Positions 9,933 through 20,095 of a DNA stretch of 64,000 nucleotides are shown piece after piece. The position numbers were made by a program, and so were the translations under genes. The stretch's first letter is position 1; each line of letters starts with the position of its first letter. Below the pieces are notes generated by a model. That model was not told the DNA's origin, did not search any database, and saw nothing but the letters and a program-made list of their open reading frames with translations. Source of the DNA: an uncultured Cellvibrionales bacterium (GTDB lineage Bacteria; Pseudomonadota; Gammaproteobacteria; Pseudomonadales; Porticoccaceae); NCBI GenBank assembly GCA_913044275.1, contig CAJWMT010000002.1, positions 1,579-65,578 on the forward strand, read 5' to 3'.

Positions 9933-12470
9933 ATGACTGTTTTGAGGCCAACTACAGAAATGAACGAGAAATATCGAAAGTATTGGACGGTTGTTTTCCT
10001 ATCGGCATTACTTGCCATTGGCAGTGTTTTAGTTGTTTCTTCCAGTATATATTTGTATCTCAGTCCCAAATTGCCCCTAGTTGATGAGTTAAAAGAGATA
10101 GAGTTGCAGACCCCATTGCGCGTCTACTCTCAAGACTTGAAATTAATGGCAGAATTTGGGGAAAAAAAACGAAATCCGGTTTCCTTTGAACAGATTCCTA
10201 GACGCATGGTTGATGCGTTCCTTGCCGCTGAAGATGCCCATTTTTTTGATCATGGGGGGATTTCTCTTTCGGGGCTCGCCAGAGCTGCACTCGAAATTGC
10301 TCGTACTGGGTCTATTCGCAGTGGTGGGAGCACCATTACTATGCAAGTCGCACGCAACTTCTTCTTATCCAGGAGACAAGAATTTACTCGGAAGTTTAAT
10401 GAAATTCTTTTGGCGCTTCAGATAGAGAAAGAGTTAACAAAACAGGAAATACTTTCGCTTTATGCAAACAAAATATACATGGGTAATCGAGCATATGGGG
10501 TTGGAGCGGCGGCACAGGTCTATTATGGAAAGACTTTGGAGGAGCTTACGCTCTCAGAGACCGCCATGATAGCAGGACTTCCTAAAGCACCTTCCAAATA
10601 TAACCCGATTGCTAATCCAGAAAGAGCAATGCTAAGACGCGACTGGATTCTTGGAAGGATGCTGGCACTCGGTAACATCGATCAACTTGAGTATCAAAAT
10701 GCAATTGGTGAGATCGATGGTTCATCTTATCATGGCTCAATATCGCAACTGGAGGCGGCTTATGCAGCAGAACTTGTCCGCCAAGAGATAGTGGAAAAAT
10801 TTGGCCTTCAGGCATATACCAAAGGCTACTCCGTCATCACATCGATTGATTCTCGGATGCAGAGACAGGCTGTAGAATCTTTGCAATCAGGCATATTAAC
10901 TTATGATCGCCGGCATGGTTATCGTGGTCCAGAGCGATCAGGAATTCAACCTCAGGATTGGCTCAATGTGCTTGCAGAAACTCCTAAATATGCAAATTTA
11001 GAGCCTATGATTGTATCCGACGTTGAAAAAGACTATGCCATATTGGTTGATGCTGCTGATCGTTTGCATACGCTTGAGTGGCAAGACGATCCTGACGGCG
11101 TCAGATTATATAGGACAGTGGACGAGGTATCCGAGCCTGTCGGCTCTCCACGTGATCTGTTGGACCCAGGTGACCTTATTCGGGTTGTAAAAGATTCGTT
11201 TGGGCGTTACAGGATAGCCCAACTTCCCAGAATTCAGGGAGCGATGGTGGCAATGGATCCGAGTGATGGAGCTCTGCGAGCTATGGTTGGAGGATTTGAC
11301 TGGAGACACAGTAATTTTAATCGGGTAACACAAGCCACCAGACAACCGGGCTCAAATTTCAAACCTTTTGTCTATGCAACGGCACTTAAAAACGGATTTA
11401 CTGCGGCTACAATTTTTAATGACGCTCCGGTTGTTTTTAATGATTCTAAACTTGAAGACACATGGCGTCCGGAGAATGACGGTGGGAAATTTTATGGCCC
11501 AACTCGGCTTCGAGAAGCGTTATATCGATCTCGGAACCTCGTGTCTATTAGATTATTGCGGCGGCTGGGGATAGACCGAGCATTGGAGGGCCTTCAGGAT
11601 TTTGGATTTGAAACTGGAGAAATGCCGGTCGATCTTTCGTTAGCTTTGGGTAGCTATGCATTGACACCATTGCAAATTGTCACTGGATATTCGGTTTTTG
11701 CGAATGGCGGTTATAAAGTTAAACCTTATGTGGTAGATAAAATCATCGATAGGAGAGGTAATATTGTGTTCGATGCGGAACCAGATACCGTTTGCATCGA
11801 ATGCAATGCTAAAGATGATCAAAAGATGGAAGTGAGTGCCGAAGACAATATGACTTTGGATAATGAGTTAGAAGAATTATTTGATGAGTTGAGTAGAGAG
11901 GAATTGTCCCAAGAAGAGCGGAAGAGCCAAAAAATTATAAAGCTAGCACTGCAGAAAAGTCGTCCTAGCGCGAAAAAAAATGCTACACAAGTCCTTGATT
12001 CTAGGACGTCTTTTATTATTGATTCAATCCTAAAAGATGTAATTATTCGCGGCACAGGTTTAAAAGCAAAGAAACTTAATCGTATTGATGTAGGTGGAAA
12101 AACTGGAACAACAAATGGTCCCAGAGACGCATGGTTTTCAGGGTATACTCCCCACTTAGCTGTTACAGCATGGGTAGGCTTTGATGATAATTCTCTCATA
12201 GGCCGGAGGGAGTATGGGGGCTCGGCTGCCTTACCGATGTGGATTAACTTTATGAGTTCGGTCCTGCATGAAAAACCAGAAATTGAGCGGTTGCAGCCAA
12301 ATGGTATAGTCCGGGTTAAGATAGATCCTAAAAGCGGCAAACGAGTGGGTCCCAATCAGGATGGATTGTATGAATATTTCAAGAACGAAAATGTGCCTGC
12401 CAATCCGGAAGAGACAACTGCGTTTCCTGATGATGGAGCCAGTCCATTGCCAGATGACCTCCTGTACTAG
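9933..12470 (+). CDS. mrcA: Penicillin-binding protein 1A (start may be ATG 9960)
   Basis: Transglycosylase motifs AEDAHFFDH, GGSTITMQVARN, RKFNE; transpeptidase motifs SNFK, SRN, KTG. Confidence 0.97.
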   Translation: MTVLRPTTEMNEKYRKYWTVVFLSALLAIGSVLVVSSSIYLYLSPKLPLVDELKEIELQTPLRVYSQDLKLMAEFGEKKRNPVSFEQIPRRMVDAFLAAEDAHFFDHGGISLSGLARAALEIARTGSIRSGGSTITMQVARNFFLSRRQEFTRKFNEILLALQIEKELTKQEILSLYANKIYMGNRAYGVGAAAQVYYGKTLEELTLSETAMIAGLPKAPSKYNPIANPERAMLRRDWILGRMLALGNIDQLEYQNAIGEIDGSSYHGSISQLEAAYAAELVRQEIVEKFGLQAYTKGYSVITSIDSRMQRQAVESLQSGILTYDRRHGYRGPERSGIQPQDWLNVLAETPKYANLEPMIVSDVEKDYAILVDAADRLHTLEWQDDPDGVRLYRTVDEVSEPVGSPRDLLDPGDLIRVVKDSFGRYRIAQLPRIQGAMVAMDPSDGALRAMVGGFDWRHSNFNRVTQATRQPGSNFKPFVYATALKNGFTAATIFNDAPVVFNDSKLEDTWRPENDGGKFYGPTRLREALYRSRNLVSIRLLRRLGIDRALEGLQDFGFETGEMPVDLSLALGSYALTPLQIVTGYSVFANGGYKVKPYVVDKIIDRRGNIVFDAEPDTVCIECNAKDDQKMEVSAEDNMTLDNELEELFDELSREELSQEERKSQKIIKLALQKSRPSAKKNATQVLDSRTSFIIDSILKDVIIRGTGLKAKKLNRIDVGGKTGTTNGPRDAWFSGYTPHLAVTAWVGFDDNSLIGRREYGGSAALPMWINFMSSVLHEKPEIERLQPNGIVRVKIDPKSGKRVGPNQDGLYEYFKNENVPANPEETTAFPDDGASPLPDDLLY

Positions 12471-12485
12471 TTTTAGGGAAGCAGG

Positions 12486-13322
12486 TTAATCTTTTATAAC
12501 GGATGACCAATCATAATTGGCATCACCAATTGCAAAGAAAAAAGGATTCAATAAATCTTCTTTTGAATTGTAACTTAACGGCTTAAAATATGGATCTACA
12601 ATTGACCCGCCGGCGGCTTCTAGAATTGCGTGTGCAGCGGCTGTGTCCCACTCGCTCGTAGGACCCAACCGAGGGTAAAGATCAGCTTTTCCCTCAGCGA
12701 TATAACAGATTTTTAGTGAACTCCCCATGTTTCTTGTTTCATAAGCGCCAATTTTACTCTGGATCTTCGTCAATAGAGAATTTGCCCCGCCTTCGGCATG
12801 TCGCCTACTCTCCATTATTATTACAGGTTCCTTTTTTGCGATTACTGAGTCCATAGTACGACATTTTATTATTCTCTCTCCTGCATCATCGCGTCTCATT
12901 GCGCCAAGATTTTTACCGCCTAGATACGTTAAGCCCTGGACTGGAGCATGCACCACACCAAGGAGAGGTTGATGATTTTCGATTAAAGCTATATTAACTG
13001 TAAACTCACCGTTTCCCTCTACAAACTCGGCGGTCCCATCTAGTGGATCAACTAACCAGTAACGCTTCCATAAGGCCCGTTCTTCAATGCTTATGGATGT
13101 CGATTCTTCAGATAAAACCGGCAAATTAACATCGAGCTTTGACAGTCCCTCGATAATCATCTGATGAGCTGCTTGGTCTGCTTCTGTTAACAAAGAGCCA
13201 TCGCTCTTTGTTTTTATTTTAAAATCAGTGCTTTTGTAGATTCTAAGAATTTCATTTCCTGCGTCGATTGCAAGTTTTGATATAGAGTTGATTAGCTTGC
13301 GTCTCATTCTGTACTTGCTCAA
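12486..13322 (-). CDS. cysQ: 3'(2'),5'-bisphosphate nucleotidase CysQ
   Basis: LSEE, WLVDPLDGT, EFTVNIAL, GSSLK, EWDTAAAHA. Confidence 0.96.
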   Translation of the reverse strand: MSKYRMRRKLINSISKLAIDAGNEILRIYKSTDFKIKTKSDGSLLTEADQAAHQMIIEGLSKLDVNLPVLSEESTSISIEERALWKRYWLVDPLDGTAEFVEGNGEFTVNIALIENHQPLLGVVHAPVQGLTYLGGKNLGAMRRDDAGERIIKCRTMDSVIAKKEPVIIMESRRHAEGGANSLLTKIQSKIGAYETRNMGSSLKICYIAEGKADLYPRLGPTSEWDTAAAHAILEAAGGSIVDPYFKPLSYNSKEDLLNPFFFAIGDANYDWSSVIKD

Positions 13323-13413
13323 AAGATGAGTTTACAGTGTACCTAAATTTCTTGATTCGTCTACTGCGTAAACCGTTCGTTTTTTATGCCAAATAGTCAA
13401 CATCTGGTGCTAT

Positions 13414-14076
13414 ATGTTATTTAACTGGTCGGAGATCGATACAGTCCTGCTTGATATGGACGGAACATTGTTGGATTTGCATTTCGACAATTATTTTTGG
13501 AGGACCCATCTTCCATTGCGATATGCAGAGCTTTTTGAGTTGGATCTATCTATCGTAAAGAGTACTTTGACTAGGCGACTAAAAGAGAAAGAAGGGACCC
13601 TAGATTGGTATTCGACCGAGTTTTGGTCACGTGAACTGTCTTTAGACGTGGTGGCGCTGAAGCGAGAGGTGAAACATTTAATTCGCGAGAGACCGAAAGT
13701 ATCTGAATTTCTTATTAACCTCGGGATTAAGGGCAAAGAACGAATTTTGATCACCAATGCTGACCATAATAGCATGGATATCAAATTTGCTGCGACGACG
13801 ATATGCCAGAATTTGGATAAAATAATCTCGTCACATGAACTAGGATACCCTAAGGAGTGTCAAAATTTCTGGTTTGCGCTTCGGAAAAACTTTGCTTTTG
13901 ATCCCAATAAAACACTTTTCATCGATGATTCAGAAGCAATTGCATGCGCAGCACAAAAATTTGGTGTTGCCAATATCCTGACCATCGCTCGACCAGATAG
14001 TTTTGGTGGGTTACGCGAGCCAAGCGAGTTTATGGCGCTAAATGATTTTGATGAATTAATGATTTCGGATTGTTAA
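13414..14076 (+). CDS. yrfG: GMP/IMP nucleotidase (HAD family)
   Basis: IDTVLLDMDGTLLDLHFDNYFW, FIDD; upstream of hslR. Confidence 0.95.
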   Translation: MLFNWSEIDTVLLDMDGTLLDLHFDNYFWRTHLPLRYAELFELDLSIVKSTLTRRLKEKEGTLDWYSTEFWSRELSLDVVALKREVKHLIRERPKVSEFLINLGIKGKERILITNADHNSMDIKFAATTICQNLDKIISSHELGYPKECQNFWFALRKNFAFDPNKTLFIDDSEAIACAAQKFGVANILTIARPDSFGGLREPSEFMALNDFDELMISDC

Positions 14077-14085
14077 AGTTAAGAC

Positions 14086-14460
14086 ATGGATAAAGTGCGT
14101 TTGGATAAGTGGCTTTGGGCTGCACGTTTTTATAAAACACGTCCATTGGCCAAGGTTGCTATTCAAGCAGGTAAGGTTAAGTTGAATGGACAGAAAGTAA
14201 AACCGAGCCGACAAATAGGGATAAATGATAAGCTTTTGATTCGAGCGAATTTGGATGATTTAATCATAGAGATTAAAGGTCTCGCTGAGCGGCGGAGCAG
14301 CCCAGCGAGTGCACGGATTCTTTATGAGGAAACACCAGAAAGTGTCCATCAGCGCGAAATCGAGAGAGCCAAGCGGCAATTGGCACAAAGCAATTTCTCG
14401 CGGACTCGGCGCCCGAACAAAAAACAGCGAAGATTAATTCATAAGTTTCTTGGATCCTGA
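14086..14460 (+). CDS. hslR: Ribosome-associated heat shock protein Hsp15
   Basis: VRLDKWLWAARFYKTR, LYEETPES, RPNKKQRR. Confidence 0.96.
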   Translation: MDKVRLDKWLWAARFYKTRPLAKVAIQAGKVKLNGQKVKPSRQIGINDKLLIRANLDDLIIEIKGLAERRSSPASARILYEETPESVHQREIERAKRQLAQSNFSRTRRPNKKQRRLIHKFLGS

Positions 14461-14806
14461 ATTGAACTAACAATGAGGGGTAACTAACGTCGACGTCACA
14501 TGTAATCTGTTTTTTCTTAAAAATCACTGACGATGTTTCCAATTTTAATTGAATAATCGAATTAGGAGCCGTAGATAAGTCTCATTGGAAAATTTAACGC
14601 TTTTTCGATGCCGAATACATTTTTTTTAACGAGCACTAATTTGGAGTATCATTAACGCCTGTTTTTGAGGGTACCTTTGGGCAGAATTAAAAAGTCTATA
14701 GCTCAATGTCTATCGGACAAAAAGGAATAATATCTTTAAATCTTTGATATACTCGCGGCGGGGCTTGGTGCTGCGCTCGGGCTTTATGAATAAGAGAAAA
14801 AAATGC

Positions 14807-16363
14807 ATGAATAAAGGAAGAGTCTTCGCTGATTTATGTTCTGCGGAATTGATAGAACGTGCTCTAGTAGGCGCCGAAGGACGACTAGCCGATACAGGAG
14901 CCTTAGTAGCTTTGACGGGGAAGAGAACCGGTCGTTCTCCTTCTGACAGGTTCATTGTGAAAGACCCCACGACCTCTAAAACTGTCGACTGGGGATCTGT
15001 AAATCTGGAAATTGACAAATCAAGATTTGATAATCTTTGGAAACGAGTTGACGAATGTATTCGCGGCGGTGATCGCTTTATTTCTCACCTTCATGTCGGC
15101 CAAAATTCAGACCACTATCTTCCAATATCAATTACGACACAGACAGCTTGGCATGCTCTTTTTGCACGAAATATGTTCATTCGTTCGGCTGAATTTAATC
15201 CTAGAGCCCTCCCCTGTTGGGAGATTCTTCATGCATCAGGATATGAGTGTGATCCAAAACGAGATGGTGTAAACAGTGATAGTGCACTATTGATAGACTT
15301 TGGAAGCCGCAGAGTCTTGATCGCGGGTCTGCAGTATGCCGGTGAGATTAAAAAAGCTATGTTTTCAGTGCAAAATTATATTCTCCCCGAAAATGATGTC
15401 ATGCCAATGCATTGCGCCGCTAATGTTGGAGAGGCAGGGGATACAGCGCTTTTTTTCGGGCTTTCAGGCACGGGAAAGACTACCTTGTCGGCGGATCCGG
15501 ATCGTTACCTTATTGGAGACGATGAACATGGCTGGACAGATGGGTGCGTCTTTAATCTTGAGGGCGGTTGCTACGCAAAGACTATTAATCTTAGCAAAAC
15601 CAATGAACCTGTGATCTGGGATGCGATTCGTTTCGGCTCAATTCTAGAAAATGTTGTAATAAGTGACCAGCTTCGTGTTGCAGATTACGATGATACTTCT
15701 GTGACCGAGAATGGTCGATGCAGCTACCCGCTTGAGCATGTCAAAAAAAGAAAGGTTGAAAATCAGGCTGGAGAGCCTCGCAATATAATTTTCCTGACTT
15801 GTGATGTGACCGGTGTGTTGCCGCCTGTCTCAATACTAACTAAAGAGAGTGCTGCTTTTCACTTTTTAAGTGGTTACACGGCGAGGGTTGGATCCACTGA
15901 AGTCGGCGCAGCAGCAGGCATCCATCCGACTTTCTCGACATGTTTTGGGGCACCATTTATGCCGCGACCGGCTAAAGTGTATGCAGAGCTTTTGATGGAT
16001 AAAATTCAAAAATTTCAGTCAAGAGTATATCTTGTCAATACTGGTTGGACTGGTGGATCGGGGGATGCAGAAGGATCTGGTTCTCGTTTTCCTATCCCAA
16101 TTACCAGGTCCATAATCACAGCTATCACAAAAGGGCTCCTCGAGGATTGTGAAACAGAACATATAAGTCTTTTTAATCTTGATATTCCAGTTGATGTGGA
16201 AGGTGTGGACAAAAGGTATCTAAACCCCAGAGAGAATTGGCCCAATCAGGCGCAATATGACAGTCAAGCAGTTGCCTTAGCTAAGCTGTTCATTGAAAAT
16301 ATTGCTAAGTTTTCGCCTTCTCAGGACATCCTTGACGCAGGACCGAGGATTATTCATTCGTAA
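14807..16363 (+). CDS. pckA: Phosphoenolpyruvate carboxykinase (ATP); start placed at ATG 14807 (ORF track starts at 14744)
   Basis: TGRSPSDRFIV, YAGEIKK, FFGLSGTGKTTLS, LIGDDEHGW, EGGCYAK, TENGR. Confidence 0.97.
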   Translation: MNKGRVFADLCSAELIERALVGAEGRLADTGALVALTGKRTGRSPSDRFIVKDPTTSKTVDWGSVNLEIDKSRFDNLWKRVDECIRGGDRFISHLHVGQNSDHYLPISITTQTAWHALFARNMFIRSAEFNPRALPCWEILHASGYECDPKRDGVNSDSALLIDFGSRRVLIAGLQYAGEIKKAMFSVQNYILPENDVMPMHCAANVGEAGDTALFFGLSGTGKTTLSADPDRYLIGDDEHGWTDGCVFNLEGGCYAKTINLSKTNEPVIWDAIRFGSILENVVISDQLRVADYDDTSVTENGRCSYPLEHVKKRKVENQAGEPRNIIFLTCDVTGVLPPVSILTKESAAFHFLSGYTARVGSTEVGAAAGIHPTFSTCFGAPFMPRPAKVYAELLMDKIQKFQSRVYLVNTGWTGGSGDAEGSGSRFPIPITRSIITAITKGLLEDCETEHISLFNLDIPVDVEGVDKRYLNPRENWPNQAQYDSQAVALAKLFIENIAKFSPSQDILDAGPRIIHS

Positions 16364-16929
16364 TATTCAAGCTGAAAGCAGACGAATAACGACTGATTAG
16401 TTAGTCAACGCATATTGACACTATCGACAACTTCGTATGAAAGAAGAAATCCTTCTGCGGCACCAGGATTAACTGCTCGTCGCCACCACAAACTTCAGAT
16501 CTGCTTTGACTCAAGTGGGGATGCTCGATTTATAAGAGCCCATCGCGGGTATAACTTCTAAAACATTACTAGCATTATTGTAAGCAGTTTCGATTCCCAC
16601 CTGGTACATTGCCCCAAGGCTTTGGGATAACTCAAAACTCGATTACATATCAAGCTGATGCCATGGTGAAAACGGCGGCAGAATCATAGATAGATTCTGG
16701 TTTGTAACGACATAGAGATTCCTCCGAACCATTATCAGCGGAACAATTAGCGTAGGTTGCGGTGCATTTCTCCTCTTCTGACCCGACACAACTTGTGCCA
16801 CAGGACGATTAGCGCGATTTTCAAAAGAAGCAACCTTAATTTAAAAGGCGTATTTGCGTCTTGGTATTTTGCATACATTCAGACAAGAAAAGCAGAAACC
16901 TTTATTCTTATCTCGTCTTTGGTCGGTTG

Positions 16930-17595
16930 TTAGAGTCGTGTCAAGTATTCGCTCAAACGATCGTTATTCATCACGAAACGAGTTCCGTACTTCTCAGCGG
17001 ACTCCTTAACAGCAGTCATATTGACTGCTTCTCCAACCTGAACCACTCCTACCATAGCCATGATTACGTGAGGATCGCACTGGTAAACATAAACTCCCTC
17101 GGTGTCAAATGTTACGCTAATGTCTTGATTCATTACGCCGGCCCAAGGCGCTGCGCCTTCTGGAATCATCCCTTCAACAGAAGCCGAGTTGTGCGACAAA
17201 TCAGTGGCTTTGAAGTGGATGGTGTCTCCCTTGGAGATCTTTATGACGGCCGGTTCAAAAATCATGGTGCCACCATCGCCAGCGTTGAGCATTTTGACTG
17301 TGTGTTCTGATCCATCGGACAGCCCAACTTTTTGTGAAGCGTTGGACACTTCCACTGCAGTGTTCTCGGATTTCAGATCTTCTTTCATAGTGACCCGGCC
17401 AACCGGGGCAATACGCTCAGCTACAGCACTGTGGGCATCTGCAAGCAACGCTGCTTGTTTTTTGTTTTCTACCTCTGCTAGTGCATCATTAAAACCGGTC
17501 AGGTCTCTCTTGAAACCCAAATTAACTGCATCTGAGCTGCAGCCAAATAAAAAAACAGCAGCAGATAGGGATAAACTCTTAAAAGCGATTTTCAT
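16930..17595 (-). CDS. Pseudoazurin-like type-1 copper lipoprotein with an N-terminal extension
   Basis: Lipobox LFG-C19; EHTVKMLN..MIFEPAVIKISKGDTIHF; Cu ligands SHN and YQCDPHVIMAM; C-terminal helical tail typical of pseudoazurin. Confidence 0.9.
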   Translation of the reverse strand: MKIAFKSLSLSAAVFLFGCSSDAVNLGFKRDLTGFNDALAEVENKKQAALLADAHSAVAERIAPVGRVTMKEDLKSENTAVEVSNASQKVGLSDGSEHTVKMLNAGDGGTMIFEPAVIKISKGDTIHFKATDLSHNSASVEGMIPEGAAPWAGVMNQDISVTFDTEGVYVYQCDPHVIMAMVGVVQVGEAVNMTAVKESAEKYGTRFVMNNDRLSEYLTRL

Positions 17596-17637
17596 TTTTT
17601 AAACTCCAACAGTTCGTCTTAAATAACTCCCAACATT

Positions 17638-17680
17638 GTACATTACTGTCATTATAATACGCACATATCTTCGATATCAG
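17638..17680 (-). promoter_or_regulatory. Putative sigma70 promoter of the pseudoazurin gene
   Basis: Minus-strand TATAAT (17651-17656) with CTGATA 18 nt upstream; GGAG RBS before ATG 17595. Confidence 0.35.
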
Positions 17681-17693
17681 ATGGGTAAATAAG

Positions 17694-18701
17694 CTATTTA
17701 AGAGATTGAATTCCTACTGCGGCGCGCAGTTCCTTCATAAATTCTAGTGAATGATGCCTTGCCCTCTCTGCCCCATCAAGAAGAACTGATTCTATTCGAT
17801 CAGGATTTGCCATTAGCTCATTATAGATTTCTCGGGGTCTTTCTAATTTGCTATTGATAAGTTCAAACAGTAACTGCTTTGCTTCTCCCCAACCAATGCC
17901 GCTGGAGAATTGATGGCTCATTTCCTGAATTTGTTTGCTTGTTGCAAATGCACTCCATAGCTGGAAGACAATCGAGCTTTCCGGATCTTTGGGCACTCCG
18001 GGTTCAAGCAGGTTGGTTTTTATTTTATTAACATGCTTTTTCAGTTGCTTTTCTGACAAAAAAATAGGTATCGTGTTCTTATAACTCTTACTCATCTTTC
18101 GGCCATCCAAACCCAGGAGCGTTTCATGATCTTCGTCAATCTGGGCCTCAGGCAATTCAAAGAATGTGCCGTAATGATGATTAAACCGCTGCGCAATATC
18201 TCGAGCCATTTCTACGTGCTGCACCTGATCTCGACCCACTGGAATAATTTGAGCATTGAACATTAAGATGTCCGCTGCCATTAATATTGGATAGCTAAAA
18301 AGACCCATTGTGATCCCGTGATCCGCATCCTCTCCAGTCGCAGAATTATCTTGAACTGCACTTTTATATGCATGGGCTCGGTTCATCAAACCCTTCGCAG
18401 TCATGCACGTTAATAGCCAAGTCAGCTCAGGAATTTCAGGAATATCTGATTGTCTGTAGAACATAGCCTTGCTTGTGTCTAGCCCGAGTGCCAACCAACA
18501 TGCAGCAACTTCTTTGGTTGATTGATGAACCAAACTCTTGTCTTGTGTTTTTATTAATGCATGGTAATCGGCAAGAAAGAAAAATGATTCAATCTGATCG
18601 GATTGACTCGCCTCTACTGCTGGTTTGATAGCACCAATGTAGTTGCCGAGATGAGGAGTACCCGTTGTAGTAATCCCTGTTAATACTCTGTTCTTCTTCA
18701 T
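17694..18701 (-). CDS. trpS: Tryptophan--tRNA ligase
   Basis: [35 protein letters not shown]. Confidence 0.98.
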   Translation of the reverse strand: MKKNRVLTGITTTGTPHLGNYIGAIKPAVEASQSDQIESFFFLADYHALIKTQDKSLVHQSTKEVAACWLALGLDTSKAMFYRQSDIPEIPELTWLLTCMTAKGLMNRAHAYKSAVQDNSATGEDADHGITMGLFSYPILMAADILMFNAQIIPVGRDQVQHVEMARDIAQRFNHHYGTFFELPEAQIDEDHETLLGLDGRKMSKSYKNTIPIFLSEKQLKKHVNKIKTNLLEPGVPKDPESSIVFQLWSAFATSKQIQEMSHQFSSGIGWGEAKQLLFELINSKLERPREIYNELMANPDRIESVLLDGAERARHHSLEFMKELRAAVGIQSLK

Positions 18702-18737
18702 GATAAGCGTGCTTCCCTGAATCTGGCTTCTGCCATG

Positions 18738-20036
18738 TTACCGGTTTGTGATTGCGAGTGGTTCCTGATAGTCGAAGAATTTAATTAATCCTTTTTCGAG
18801 AAAACTTGGATCCTTTACACCAGCGGTCTCTCGGCACGAATGCATGGCTAGTTGAGGTATACCGACATCAAGCGTGGGAATCCCAAGCCTGGCAGAAACA
18901 ATTGGGCCGATAGTGCTGCCGCAACCAATATCACTGCGCGAAACGAATGTTTGTAGAGGTATACCGGCATCTGAACAAATTTTTTTAAAGATACTTGATG
19001 TGATGCTGTTGGTTGCATAACGCTGTTTGACGTTTACTTTGATCACTGGGCCTTCATTTATAATGGGTTGATGCCTATCGTCATGCATCGATTTATAGTT
19101 GGGATGCATTGCATGAGCACTGTCACAAGAAATGAAAAGTGACCGTCTCATTACTCGGTCTCGGATTAAATCATTTCCTACCATTCTTTCAAGCACTGAC
19201 TCAAGGAAAGGTCCGTCGGAGCCCGATGACGACACACTTCCAATCTCCTCATGATCGCTGCAGACCAGGACGCAATTATGTTCCCCATCCGCAGCAGAGA
19301 TCGCTTTTGCGGCAACATAACAACTGAGAAGGTTATCAAGACGGGCTGATACTAGAAATTCGCCATTGATGCCAATATTAGATGCTTTTTGAAAATCATA
19401 TAATGATAGTTCGTAATCCAGAACCTTTTCTCCCATTGATAGAAAGTTCTCTTCCAGAATCTGTCGAAAATTTCGTTTATTTTTTGTTCTCATGAGAATA
19501 GGTGGAATATCGGTTTGAGGGTTTACTGAGCGGTTCTTATTTGCACCGCGGTCGAGATGAATGGCTAAGCTTGGTATAATAGCTACGGGACGCTTGAAAT
19601 CAACTAACTTTGTCTCAAGTTCACCACTACTTTTCTGAAAGATGATTCTGCCAGCGATCGACAAATCTCTATCGAACCATGGGTTAAGTAATGCACCGCC
19701 ATAGACTTCAACACCCAATTGCAGATATCCATTTTTTGTTATGTCAGGATTTGGTTTAATCATCAGACAGGGACTATCGGTATGAGCTCCTGCAATTCGT
19801 AGGCCGTGTTTGAGAGGGTCCGAGTGACCCATCACAAATGCAATTAGCGAGGAATCATTTCGGACCACGAAATATCTGCCTCCTTTTTTGAGGATCCATT
19901 CTTCTTCTTCATGGAGCTTTTGGTAACCTCCGTTCATCAACAGTTTTGCTAACTGCTCCGTTGCATGAAAAGGAGTTGGCGAAAGATCTAAAAAATCTCT
20001 GAGATCTCTGCTAAATTTATCGTGAGTTTTTTTCAT
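18738..20036 (-). CDS. M18-family aspartyl aminopeptidase
   Basis: SPTPFHA, AHTDSP, WFDRDL, RLDNL, DHEEIGS, GSTIGP, MHSCRE. Confidence 0.95.
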   Translation of the reverse strand: MKKTHDKFSRDLRDFLDLSPTPFHATEQLAKLLMNGGYQKLHEEEEWILKKGGRYFVVRNDSSLIAFVMGHSDPLKHGLRIAGAHTDSPCLMIKPNPDITKNGYLQLGVEVYGGALLNPWFDRDLSIAGRIIFQKSSGELETKLVDFKRPVAIIPSLAIHLDRGANKNRSVNPQTDIPPILMRTKNKRNFRQILEENFLSMGEKVLDYELSLYDFQKASNIGINGEFLVSARLDNLLSCYVAAKAISAADGEHNCVLVCSDHEEIGSVSSSGSDGPFLESVLERMVGNDLIRDRVMRRSLFISCDSAHAMHPNYKSMHDDRHQPIINEGPVIKVNVKQRYATNSITSSIFKKICSDAGIPLQTFVSRSDIGCGSTIGPIVSARLGIPTLDVGIPQLAMHSCRETAGVKDPSFLEKGLIKFFDYQEPLAITNR

Positions 20037-20095
20037 TCAATTAAACCTAGTTCATGATAGTTTTTTTTTAACTTTGTTCTTAAAACTGCTTGAGA

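Noticed and set aside
16650-16808. Cys-rich minus-strand stretch (SCGTSCVGSEEEKCTATYANC...) as a RiPP or metallothionein-like peptide
   Set aside because: It is directly preceded by an in-frame TAA, has no usable start or RBS, and no modifying enzymes lie nearby.
16861-17602. Plus-strand ORFs of 149 and 137 aa
   Set aside because: Antisense shadows of the pseudoazurin gene with no motifs.
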